From: Candidatus Zixiibacteriota bacterium
GTDB taxonomy: Bacteria; Zixibacteria; MSB-5A5; JAABVY01
Direction of reading: 5' to 3'
Length of the DNA: 64,000 nt
Assembly: GCA_011056555.1 (NCBI GenBank)
Contig: DSEQ01000021.1
Location: forward strand, 1-64,000
The notes beneath the pieces are model-generated. The model was not told the origin of the DNA and ran no database searches. It saw nothing but the letters and a program-made list of their open reading frames with translations. Each line of letters starts with the position of its first letter. Positions within the stretch are counted from its first letter, which is position 1. Positions 56,858 through 64,000 of this stretch are shown here, in pieces. Position numbers and translations under genes: made by a program.

Positions 56858-56920
56858 GGCCCTGACTACCTTTCGGGTGCCACAAAGGGCAAACATCATC
56901 AGGGCCGGAACAATAACTTT
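56858..56920 (+). terminator. possible structured terminator after gene E
   Basis: GGCCCTGA at 56858-56865 pairs with TCAGGGCC at 56899-56906; inner CCTTT/AAAGG stem; weak T-tract follows. Confidence 0.2.
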
Positions 56921-57049
56921 TCAATCAGTACGACGTCGTCTATATATAATAACGGAAATAAATCCAAATGTTCAAGTATTTTTTAGTAATTTTTTATGAA
57001 ATTTTTATGGAAAATGCAAGTCTTTGAAAGAAAGCAGGTTGACTGATAC

Positions 57050-58171
57050 ATGGCCCGGCCATACAAACGCGGAAATAAGTGGTATATATACGTCACCCAT
57101 AAGGGTCAGCGCGTCCGAAAGTCTATCGGTACCTCCAAGGCCCTCGCCCAGAAATATCAGAGCATGATTGAAACAGATCTGATGCGGGGAGAATTGAAGC
57201 TGGATGTATCCGATTGCTCAATCGAAAGGCTTTTCACCGATTACCTGGAGTACTCTGCCATCAATCATCGGCCCTCCACCACCAGGCGCTATGAGGGGGC
57301 AATCAGATATTTCCATATATTCCTCGGTCACTTTTATCCCCGGGTAAAACGGGTTGGCCAGCTCAGCCTGAATGTCTTCGAAAAATATAAGCATTTCAGA
57401 CGCACCACCGATCCAAAGTCAATCAATGCTCAGCTCTCCGGGGACATGAGATATCCAGCCAACTGCACCGTCGCGAAAACCAAAACCGTCAATTATGAAA
57501 TCAAAACCCTGAAGTCAGTTTTTGAATTTGGAATCAGGAGAGGCCTGTGCAGCGTAAATCCGGCCAGGGGGGTTTCGCTTCTCAGGATTGACGATGCTAA
57601 GCAGCCGCGTTTTTTGTCCGGAGATGAATGTCAGATTTTACTGGAGAATGCCGGTAGTGAATACCCCATTTATTTCACCTTATTAAATACGGGGCTTCGC
57701 CTGGGGGAGCTTCTGAACTTGCAGTGGAGCGATATCAATTTCTCACGGAAGGTGCTTATGGTGCGGGGCAAGAGCGACTGGAAACCCAAGGCCGGAGAAA
57801 GAGAGATACCACTCAATCAAGGGGTCTTGAATTTGCTTAGAGATATCAAGCCCAAACGGGCCCGGAAGTCCGATTATGTCTTTCAATTCAAGCGCCGGGA
57901 CACGGCCGCTCGGATATTGAGAAAGCGCCTGGCACGCCTCTGCAGAGAGCATGGTCTTGAGGCTTTTAGCCTGCATGATCTCAGGCATACTTTTGCCAGT
58001 CAGCTGGTGATGAACGGGGTCGATCTGGCAACTGTTCAGCAGCTGCTCGGGCATCGGGATATCCAGACCACCATGATCTATGCCCACCTGGCGCCCGACC
58101 ATTTGGCCGGGGCGGTCAGAAAACTCGATTCCATTCTGCCACAAATCTGCCACAAACGGGGTAAGACCTAA
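57050..58171 (+). CDS. int: tyrosine site-specific integrase
   Basis: C-terminal catalytic HDLRHTFAS and TTMIYAHL (Tyr); N-terminal SAM-like arm domain; ends 26 nt from the tRNA 3' end. Confidence 0.8.
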   Translation: MARPYKRGNKWYIYVTHKGQRVRKSIGTSKALAQKYQSMIETDLMRGELKLDVSDCSIERLFTDYLEYSAINHRPSTTRRYEGAIRYFHIFLGHFYPRVKRVGQLSLNVFEKYKHFRRTTDPKSINAQLSGDMRYPANCTVAKTKTVNYEIKTLKSVFEFGIRRGLCSVNPARGVSLLRIDDAKQPRFLSGDECQILLENAGSEYPIYFTLLNTGLRLGELLNLQWSDINFSRKVLMVRGKSDWKPKAGEREIPLNQGVLNLLRDIKPKRARKSDYVFQFKRRDTAARILRKRLARLCREHGLEAFSLHDLRHTFASQLVMNGVDLATVQQLLGHRDIQTTMIYAHLAPDHLAGAVRKLDSILPQICHKRGKT

Positions 58172-58197
58172 ATCTAAGTAATTGTCAAAAAACAAAA

Positions 58198-58271
58198 TAG
58201 CGGTGCAGGGACTTGAACCCCGGACACGCGGATTATGATTCCGCTGCTCTAACCAACTGAGCTACACCGCC
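58198..58271 (-). tRNA. tRNA-Met (anticodon CAT; elongator type, or lysidine tRNA-Ile2)
   Basis: Reverse complement folds as a cloverleaf: 7-bp acceptor stem, D-arm GCTC/GAGC, anticodon stem GCGGA/TCCGC with loop ATCATAA, T-arm CGGGG-TTCAAGT-CCCTG; no encoded CCA. Confidence 0.8.
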
Positions 58272-58518
58272 ATATTAGTCTAAATCCCTCAATTTCTGCC
58301 AGAGAGATTTTACAATCTATTAATTTATCGGGCAAAGTCAAGCAGATTTGAACCCGCCAGATTATATATATTCCTTAGCCTGCGAATTGTTCCCCGGCCG
58401 CCTGAATTCCTTCTCGAACGGCTTCCCCGGGACTGCATAAATAATTAGAATAAAAACATTTAGATACTCATAATAATTCAAATAAAACAAGATTTCGCAT
58501 CGATATCATAATAAGAGC

Positions 58519-58547
58519 TTGACATTTTTTTCACAATGTCCTATTAT
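58519..58547 (+). promoter_or_regulatory. sigma70-like promoter upstream of gdh (TTGACA-17-TATTAT)
   Basis: TTGACA at 58519-58524, 17-nt spacer, TATTAT at 58542-58547; about 175 nt upstream of the GDH start. Confidence 0.3.
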
Positions 58548-58722
58548 TCTGAACGAATTTTTGCAAGTGTGAAAGGATGCATCCGGAATGCATCTTATTG
58601 ATAACAAAAAAGTTATGAAGTTTGTATAAGAAGGGGGATATTTTTTCGGCTCCTCGAGGAGCTTTTTATTTTGCACTTTTTGTTTTAAAATGATGCTTAA
58701 AATTAACTGGAGTTAGTTCAAA

Positions 58723-60009
58723 ATGTCTACAGGATCATTCAATCCGTTTGAAATGGCCCAGGCCCAATTTGACAAGATTGCCGAAAAGCTCGACCTGGAC
58801 CAGGCAGCCCGAGAATTGCTTCGCGAACCATTGAGAGAGTATTCCACCGCTATCCCGATCCATATGGATGACGGCTCTGTGAAAGTTTTCAGGGGATTCA
58901 GGGTACAGCATAATGATGCCCGCGGCCCCTGCAAGGGAGGGATCAGGTTTCATCCCCAGGAGACCATCAACACGGTGCGAGCATTGGCGATGTGGATGAC
59001 GTGGAAATGCGCTGTGGTCGATATTCCATTGGGCGGAGCCAAAGGCGGCGTGATCTGTGACCCGCATAATCTGAGCCTGCGCGAGCAGGAACAGATTTGC
59101 CGCGGATGGATTCGTCAGATCGCCCGGGATATCGGTCCATATCGTGATGTTCCGGCTCCTGATGTGATGACCAGCGCCCAGCATATGCTCTGGATGCTGG
59201 ATGAGTACGAGACAATTTACGGCGAGAAGAAAACCGGCCTTATTACCGGCAAACCAGTCGGCATGGGAGGTTCTTTGGGCCGCACAGAAGCCACAGGCTA
59301 TGGCGTGATATATACGGTGCGGGAAGCATTGAAAGAGCTTGAGCTTCGCCCCGAGATGACCAGGGCCAGCGTACAGGGCTTCGGTAATGTGGCCCAGTAT
59401 GCGATCCAGCTCTACCAACAGATGGGTGGTACCGTTGTGTGCGTATCCTGCTGGGACCAGGAGGATCAAAAATCCTATTCATTCAAGAAGGAAGGCGGGG
59501 TGGATCGCGATGAACTCCTGAGCGTGACCGACCGCTTTGGAGGGATCGACAAGAACAAAGCTCTCGATCTGGGTTATGAAGTCCTTCCAGGGGAGGCCTG
59601 GATCGAACAGGATGTCGATATACTGATTCCGGCGGCGATTGAGAACCAGATTACCGGCGAGAACGTCGGGAATATTTCCGAAAAGGTAAAGGTCATTGCC
59701 GAGGGCGCCAACGGCCCCACCACTCCTCAGGCGGATAAGGTGATCGAGGAACGCGGCATATTCCTGATTCCCGATTTCCTGTGCAACGCAGGCGGAGTGA
59801 CCTGCAGTTATTTCGAACAGGTCCAGAGCAACCTGAATTATTTCTGGGAGAAGGATGAAGTCCTGGGCCGTCTTGACACCAAGATGACCTCGGCCTTTGT
59901 CGCAGTAAGTGAGCTTGCACGAAAGCAGAAGATGTATATGCGTGATGCGGCCTATGTCATTTCGATCGGCCGTGTGGCCCAGGCCTGCAGAGACCGCGGC
60001 TGGGTCTAA
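58723..60009 (+). CDS. gdhA: glutamate dehydrogenase (Glu/Leu/Phe/Val dehydrogenase family)
   Basis: GPCKGGIRFHP signature, IPLGGAKGG, NAD(P) Rossmann GFGNVAQY; 428 aa. Confidence 0.85.
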   Translation: MSTGSFNPFEMAQAQFDKIAEKLDLDQAARELLREPLREYSTAIPIHMDDGSVKVFRGFRVQHNDARGPCKGGIRFHPQETINTVRALAMWMTWKCAVVDIPLGGAKGGVICDPHNLSLREQEQICRGWIRQIARDIGPYRDVPAPDVMTSAQHMLWMLDEYETIYGEKKTGLITGKPVGMGGSLGRTEATGYGVIYTVREALKELELRPEMTRASVQGFGNVAQYAIQLYQQMGGTVVCVSCWDQEDQKSYSFKKEGGVDRDELLSVTDRFGGIDKNKALDLGYEVLPGEAWIEQDVDILIPAAIENQITGENVGNISEKVKVIAEGANGPTTPQADKVIEERGIFLIPDFLCNAGGVTCSYFEQVQSNLNYFWEKDEVLGRLDTKMTSAFVAVSELARKQKMYMRDAAYVISIGRVAQACRDRGWV

Positions 60010-60140
60010 AACCCGCCTTAATATGGAATTGATTCGGGAGGCGCTCATTCTATGGGTCAGCCTCCCTTTTATTTGCATCTGATTATGAATAATATATATT
60101 ATGGCGTATTTGAGTTTGACGATGTCCAGGGAAGTTTATA

Positions 60141-61895
60141 ATGAGTGTCAAATCATACAGTGCCGCGGGAGAAAAAGTCCCCCCCTTCAAGAAACAGTTT
60201 TTTGAATCGGGTGAGGTAATCACCAGAATCGGAACCGGTTCACTGGGCGGTAAAGCGCTCGGGCTGGCATTTATAAAGGACACCCTGGCATCAAAAATCA
60301 ACCCGTCCGATTATGACAATATCACTGTCAATATTCCCACTCTGGCGGTAATTGCCACAGATTTCTTCGACCGCTTCATGCAAATCAACAATCTCTATGA
60401 CACAAACTTCGAGGAAATGCCCGATGACAGGATTGCCCATGCGTTCCAGAATGCGGAACTGCCGCCGGAGCTGAACGGTGATCTCAGGAGGCTGATTGCC
60501 GATGTCCACACGCCCCTGGCGATACGTTCATCGAGTCTTCTGGAGGATGCAATCTATGAGCCTTTTGCGGGTGTCTATGGCACCAAGATGATTCCCAACA
60601 ACCAGCCTGGCACTGATGCTCGCTTCAGCAAACTGGTGGAAGCGATAAAATTCGTATATTCCTCCGTCTTCTTCAGGGAGGCCAGGGACTACATCCGCGC
60701 TACCAGGCAGTCAATCGAGAGCGAGAAGATGGCCGTGATTATTCAGGAAGTAGTCGGCCTGAGGCACTGGGAGCGCTATTATCCCGATATCTCCGGAGTC
60801 GCCAGATCATATAACTTTTATCCCACAAGCCATGCCAGGCCGGAGGATGGAGTGGTAGATCTGGCCCTCGGCCTGGGCAAGACCATAGTTGATGGTGGTA
60901 CGGTCTGGAGCTATTCTCCAGCCTATCCAAAGAGCGTGCCGCCTTACAATTCAATTGGAGACCTGATGAAACTGACCCAAACCAAATTCTGGGCGATCAA
61001 TATGGGCAAACCGCCAAAATACGATCCCACGAAAGAGACTGAATATATGATCCAGGGCGGCCTTAAGGATGCCGAGCTAGACGGCACTCTGGATTTAGCG
61101 GCCTCCACCTATGTACCGGAGCGTGATCGGATCTCCCCCGGCACCGGTCCCAGGGGGCCCAGAATAATAAACTTTGCGCCGATTCTTACGGTTAACCAGA
61201 TTCCCTTGAATAACCTTATAAAGGACCTGCTCAAGGCTTGCGAGGATGCTGTTGGGGCGGCGGTTGAGACTGAGTTTGCGCTGACAATCGACAATAAGCA
61301 AAAAGACCGGCCGATCAGGCTCGGGTTCCTGCAGGTCAGGCCGATGGTGGTGAGTGACGCCGAGGTCAAGGTCACAGATGATGAGCTTAATTCCGAGAAT
61401 GCCCTGGTGGCTTCCGAAAATGTGCTCGGCAACGGCGTCGTTGATGATATTACGGACATAGTATATGTGAGGCCGGACGCCTTCAACCCCGGGAATACGC
61501 AGCAGATTGCCGCGGATATCGAGAAACTCAATCGTAATCTGGTCAACTCCGGCACACCCTATGTCCTGATTGGTTTCGGACGCTGGGGCAGCTCCGATCC
61601 GTGGCTGGGAATTAATGTCAACTGGGCCCAGATTTCCGGCTCCAGGGTTATTGTGGAATCGACTCTTCCCAATATGAATGTTGAACTCAGCCAGGGCTCA
61701 CATTTTTTCCACAATATAACCAGTTTCCAGATACCCTATTTTTCGGTCAGGTTTGACGGTAAGTATAAAATCAGGTGGGATCGACTGGAAAAGCAAAAGG
61801 CTGAAGCCGAAACAGAATATGTAAGGCACGTGAAACTGGAACGGCCTTTGAATGTTAAAGTTGATGGAAGGAGCGGTCGGGGAGTAATTCTGTAA
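60141..61895 (+). CDS. PEP/pyruvate-binding domain protein (PPDK_N-like; PEP synthase/rifampin phosphotransferase-like N-domain)
   Basis: GTGSLGGKALGLAFI and LAIRSSSLLEDA motifs; no recognisable phosphohistidine domain. Confidence 0.5.
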   Translation: MSVKSYSAAGEKVPPFKKQFFESGEVITRIGTGSLGGKALGLAFIKDTLASKINPSDYDNITVNIPTLAVIATDFFDRFMQINNLYDTNFEEMPDDRIAHAFQNAELPPELNGDLRRLIADVHTPLAIRSSSLLEDAIYEPFAGVYGTKMIPNNQPGTDARFSKLVEAIKFVYSSVFFREARDYIRATRQSIESEKMAVIIQEVVGLRHWERYYPDISGVARSYNFYPTSHARPEDGVVDLALGLGKTIVDGGTVWSYSPAYPKSVPPYNSIGDLMKLTQTKFWAINMGKPPKYDPTKETEYMIQGGLKDAELDGTLDLAASTYVPERDRISPGTGPRGPRIINFAPILTVNQIPLNNLIKDLLKACEDAVGAAVETEFALTIDNKQKDRPIRLGFLQVRPMVVSDAEVKVTDDELNSENALVASENVLGNGVVDDITDIVYVRPDAFNPGNTQQIAADIEKLNRNLVNSGTPYVLIGFGRWGSSDPWLGINVNWAQISGSRVIVESTLPNMNVELSQGSHFFHNITSFQIPYFSVRFDGKYKIRWDRLEKQKAEAETEYVRHVKLERPLNVKVDGRSGRGVIL

Positions 61896-64000
61896 TGCTA
61901 TACGATAAGAAACATCCAAAAAGCCATCTGGTCTCCTCCCTGCAGGAGCGTGCCAAGGAGCTTAACTGCCTCTATCGTACCGAGGAGTTAATGAATACTC
62001 TTGACGCCAGCATCGATTCCGTATGCAGGGGCATAATTAAAGCCATTCCCCCGGGCTGGCAATATCCCGATATCTGCGTGGCCAGGATCACAATCGATAA
62101 GGACTCCTGGCAGTCAGAGAATTTCCAGGAAACCGAATGGGAATTAAGCACGGACGTAAAGATTCAGGACAAGATTATCGGCAAAATTAGTGTATATTAC
62201 ACAAAAGCCATGCCCACCTTCGATTACGGCCCGTTTTTGAAGGAGGAAAAAAAGCTGGTAGCCACCATAGCTGAACGCCTCGGGCATTTCATCATGTATC
62301 ACAAAATGAAGCACATGTATAGCGAATGGGACAGCGCCAAAAGAGATATCTCCCGCAGAAGACGCGGAAGATGGCAGGTAGTGCTCGATCTTTTGAAACA
62401 GACCGACCGAAATTTATATTACACGATGTCGCATAAAATGCTCAATTACCTCTGCTGGAGCGGCATCTCTGAGGCGGAGGAGCTGCGTCACTATACCGGA
62501 ACAGACCGGTCCAGCGATGACCATGAGCTGAAGGCCGATTCAAACCGTCCGCATCAAAAAGAGGCCATCACAATATCGAATGAACTGACCGAACGCATAT
62601 TTAAAATTGCGGCGGATCATCTGAGCGATCATGAAATACTGGACCGTGTGCAGAAATGGATTCAGGAAGATAAGATGGGCTTTCTGGTACAGGTGGTAAA
62701 CCGTAACCTCTCTCTTTCAACTGTGGCCGACGCTATCAGGCGTTTTCATCATATCGAAGATGAGGGCTTTGAGCTGCATTCGCCCAGCAAGCGCGGTGTG
62801 ACGGTTTCACTGATCAGGCGGTTTATGTCTGATCAATTGCCCTTTATAAATATAGCCAAGAATTTTGTCGAGGTGGGAGATTTTTATCATCTCCTTCAAA
62901 ATGTGATTTTCTCGGCCGAAAGTCACGGCAAGCTGGGGGGCAAATCCGCAGGATTGTACCTGGCCGCGCAGATACTGAAAAAGTCGAGCGAGTATGCAGA
63001 TATTTTGGGCACGATAAAGATTCCAAAGACCTGGTACATAACTTCGGATATGCTCCTGCATTTCATGCATTTCAATAATTTTGACGAAATCGTGGAACAG
63101 AAATATAAGGATATAAACCAGGTTCGCTTTGAATACCCGCACATAGTCCAGACCTTCAAAAATTCGCATTTCCCGCCCGAGATGGTAAAAGGACTGTCGC
63201 TGGCGCTCGATGACCTGGGCGATAGACCCCTGATCGTCAGAAGCTCCAGCCTTCTGGAAGACAGAACCGGGGCGGCTTTCTCCGGCAAGTACAAGAGTCT
63301 CTTCATCGCCAACCAGGGCAGTAAGCGGGAGAGGCTGGACGCTCTTCTGGATGCGATTGCGGAGGTCTATGCCTCCACCTTCTCGCCCGACCCGATCGAA
63401 TACCGTACCGAACGAGGTTTGATTGATTTCGGCGAGGAGATGGGGATCATGCTGCAGGAGGTTGTGGGCACCCAGGTTGGTCATTATTATCTGCCCACCT
63501 TTGCAGGAGTGGCCTTCAGCAAGAATGAATTCAGATGGTCGGCCCGGATCAAGCGCGAGGATGGTCTGCTGAGGCTGGTTCCCGGCCTGGGTACTCGCGC
63601 GGTAGATCGCCTGGCCGACGATTACCCCATCCTCATCGCACCCGGTCAGCCGAATCTGCGCGTCAATGCCACCGTCGACGAAACCGTGAAGTATTCCCCC
63701 AGGTGGATTGACGTTATCAACCTCGAAACCAATCAATTCGAGACCGTGGAAGTGGATTATCTTCTGCGTGAATATGGTGCGGAAATTCCGGGAATCAACA
63801 AGCTCGTTTCGATCCATGAGGACGGCACTCTCCGCCAGCCCATGGGCAGCAACTTCGATTTCGAACGGGAACAGCCGGTGGTGACTTTCGAGGGTATGAT
63901 TTCCAGCGGCCGTTTTATCCAGCAGATGCAAACGATACTGAGGGTGCTCGAGGAGAAGCTGGAAACCCCGGTGGATATCGAGTTTGCGTCCGACGGCAAG
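61895..64000 (+). CDS. second PPDK_N-like PEP/pyruvate-binding domain protein with about 270-aa N-terminal extension (3' end beyond window)
   Basis: Start ATG overlaps the upstream stop (TAATG); GGKSAGLYLA and LIVRSSSLLEDRTGAAFSGKYKS paralogous to the upstream gene; open to the window end; not in the ORF track because it has no stop. Confidence 0.5.
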   Translation, partial: MLYDKKHPKSHLVSSLQERAKELNCLYRTEELMNTLDASIDSVCRGIIKAIPPGWQYPDICVARITIDKDSWQSENFQETEWELSTDVKIQDKIIGKISVYYTKAMPTFDYGPFLKEEKKLVATIAERLGHFIMYHKMKHMYSEWDSAKRDISRRRRGRWQVVLDLLKQTDRNLYYTMSHKMLNYLCWSGISEAEELRHYTGTDRSSDDHELKADSNRPHQKEAITISNELTERIFKIAADHLSDHEILDRVQKWIQEDKMGFLVQVVNRNLSLSTVADAIRRFHHIEDEGFELHSPSKRGVTVSLIRRFMSDQLPFINIAKNFVEVGDFYHLLQNVIFSAESHGKLGGKSAGLYLAAQILKKSSEYADILGTIKIPKTWYITSDMLLHFMHFNNFDEIVEQKYKDINQVRFEYPHIVQTFKNSHFPPEMVKGLSLALDDLGDRPLIVRSSSLLEDRTGAAFSGKYKSLFIANQGSKRERLDALLDAIAEVYASTFSPDPIEYRTERGLIDFGEEMGIMLQEVVGTQVGHYYLPTFAGVAFSKNEFRWSARIKREDGLLRLVPGLGTRAVDRLADDYPILIAPGQPNLRVNATVDETVKYSPRWIDVINLETNQFETVEVDYLLREYGAEIPGINKLVSIHEDGTLRQPMGSNFDFEREQPVVTFEGMISSGRFIQQMQTILRVLEEKLETPVDIEFASDGK

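Larger units (their letters stand above)
1..58197. mobile_element. Lambda/GTA-like siphovirus prophage; right end defined by integrase plus tRNA-Met, left end not visible in window
   Basis: Contiguous minus-strand lytic gene order from lysin and tail through capsid, portal and terminase to replication and recombination genes; divergent repressor; plus-strand cargo; tyrosine integrase ending 26 nt from the tRNA 3' end. No att direct repeat could be located by eye. Confidence 0.6.

Noticed and set aside
57050-58171. Integrase belonging to a separate small island (49-58 kb) and not to the prophage
   Set aside because: No second integrase or excision/integration module is present in the prophage. 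The repressor, excisionase and integrase arrangement is consistent with one element. This cannot be fully excluded without the left boundary.
58735-60078. Minus-strand ORFs 58735-59469 and 59479-60078
   Set aside because: They are antisense to the glutamate dehydrogenase gene, which has canonical signatures.
62807-63931. Minus-strand ORF 62807-63931 (374 aa)
   Set aside because: It is antisense to the second PPDK_N-like gene (plus strand, open to window end), which shares motifs with its upstream paralog.
1-64000. CRISPR arrays, rRNA genes, IS elements or transposases
   Set aside because: No regularly spaced direct repeats, no rRNA-like conserved blocks, and no DDE or serine transposase motifs were seen. 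The only recombinase is the tyrosine integrase.

Overview
Most of this window (about 1–58.2 kb) reads as a single lambda-like siphovirus prophage. The remaining 5.8 kb is host DNA.

Prophage layout, read right to left on the minus strand:
- Early and replication genes: excisionase-like HTH, an AbrB/MazE-like regulator, a fused SbcD–SbcC (Mre11–Rad50) protein, DnaB, RusA, and a Gp37/Gp68 protein.
- Packaging and head genes: TerS, TerL, portal, Mu-F-like head morphogenesis protein, protease/scaffold, a gpD-like decoration protein and a lambda-E-like major capsid protein, in the lambda order.
- Connector and tail genes: major tail protein, tape measure protein, a lambda/GTA-type tip module (DUF2460, DUF2163/BR0599, NlpC/P60, host-specificity protein), tail-fibre-like proteins, an FN3 protein and a CHAP-type lysin.

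Two features interrupt the usual phage architecture:
- A roughly 7-kb glycan-modification island sits inside the structural module at 15.6–22.9 kb. It encodes a sulfotransferase, three glycosyltransferase-like proteins, two radical-SAM/SPASM enzymes (one fused to a methyltransferase), a methyltransferase and a DUF115/Maf-like protein.
- A plus-strand cargo slot at 48.5–58.2 kb lies between an XRE-type repressor and a tyrosine integrase, which abuts a minus-strand tRNA-Met(CAT) at 58198–58271. The slot is visibly more AT-rich than the rest.

The most interesting object is a tight five-gene operon in that cargo slot (50405–56854). It encodes a putative NurA-like nuclease, a HerA/FtsK-like ATPase with a deviant P-loop, a GHKL (MORC/Hsp90-like) ATPase, a B12-binding-type radical SAM enzyme and a DUF3800 protein. 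I do not recognise this combination as any described defence system, and it sits in a classic prophage defence hotspot.

Host genes at the right end are a glutamate dehydrogenase and two tandem PEP/pyruvate-binding-domain (PPDK_N-like) proteins, the second running off the window. I found no CRISPR array, rRNA or IS element. All functional calls rest on motifs read directly from the translations; no database search was run.
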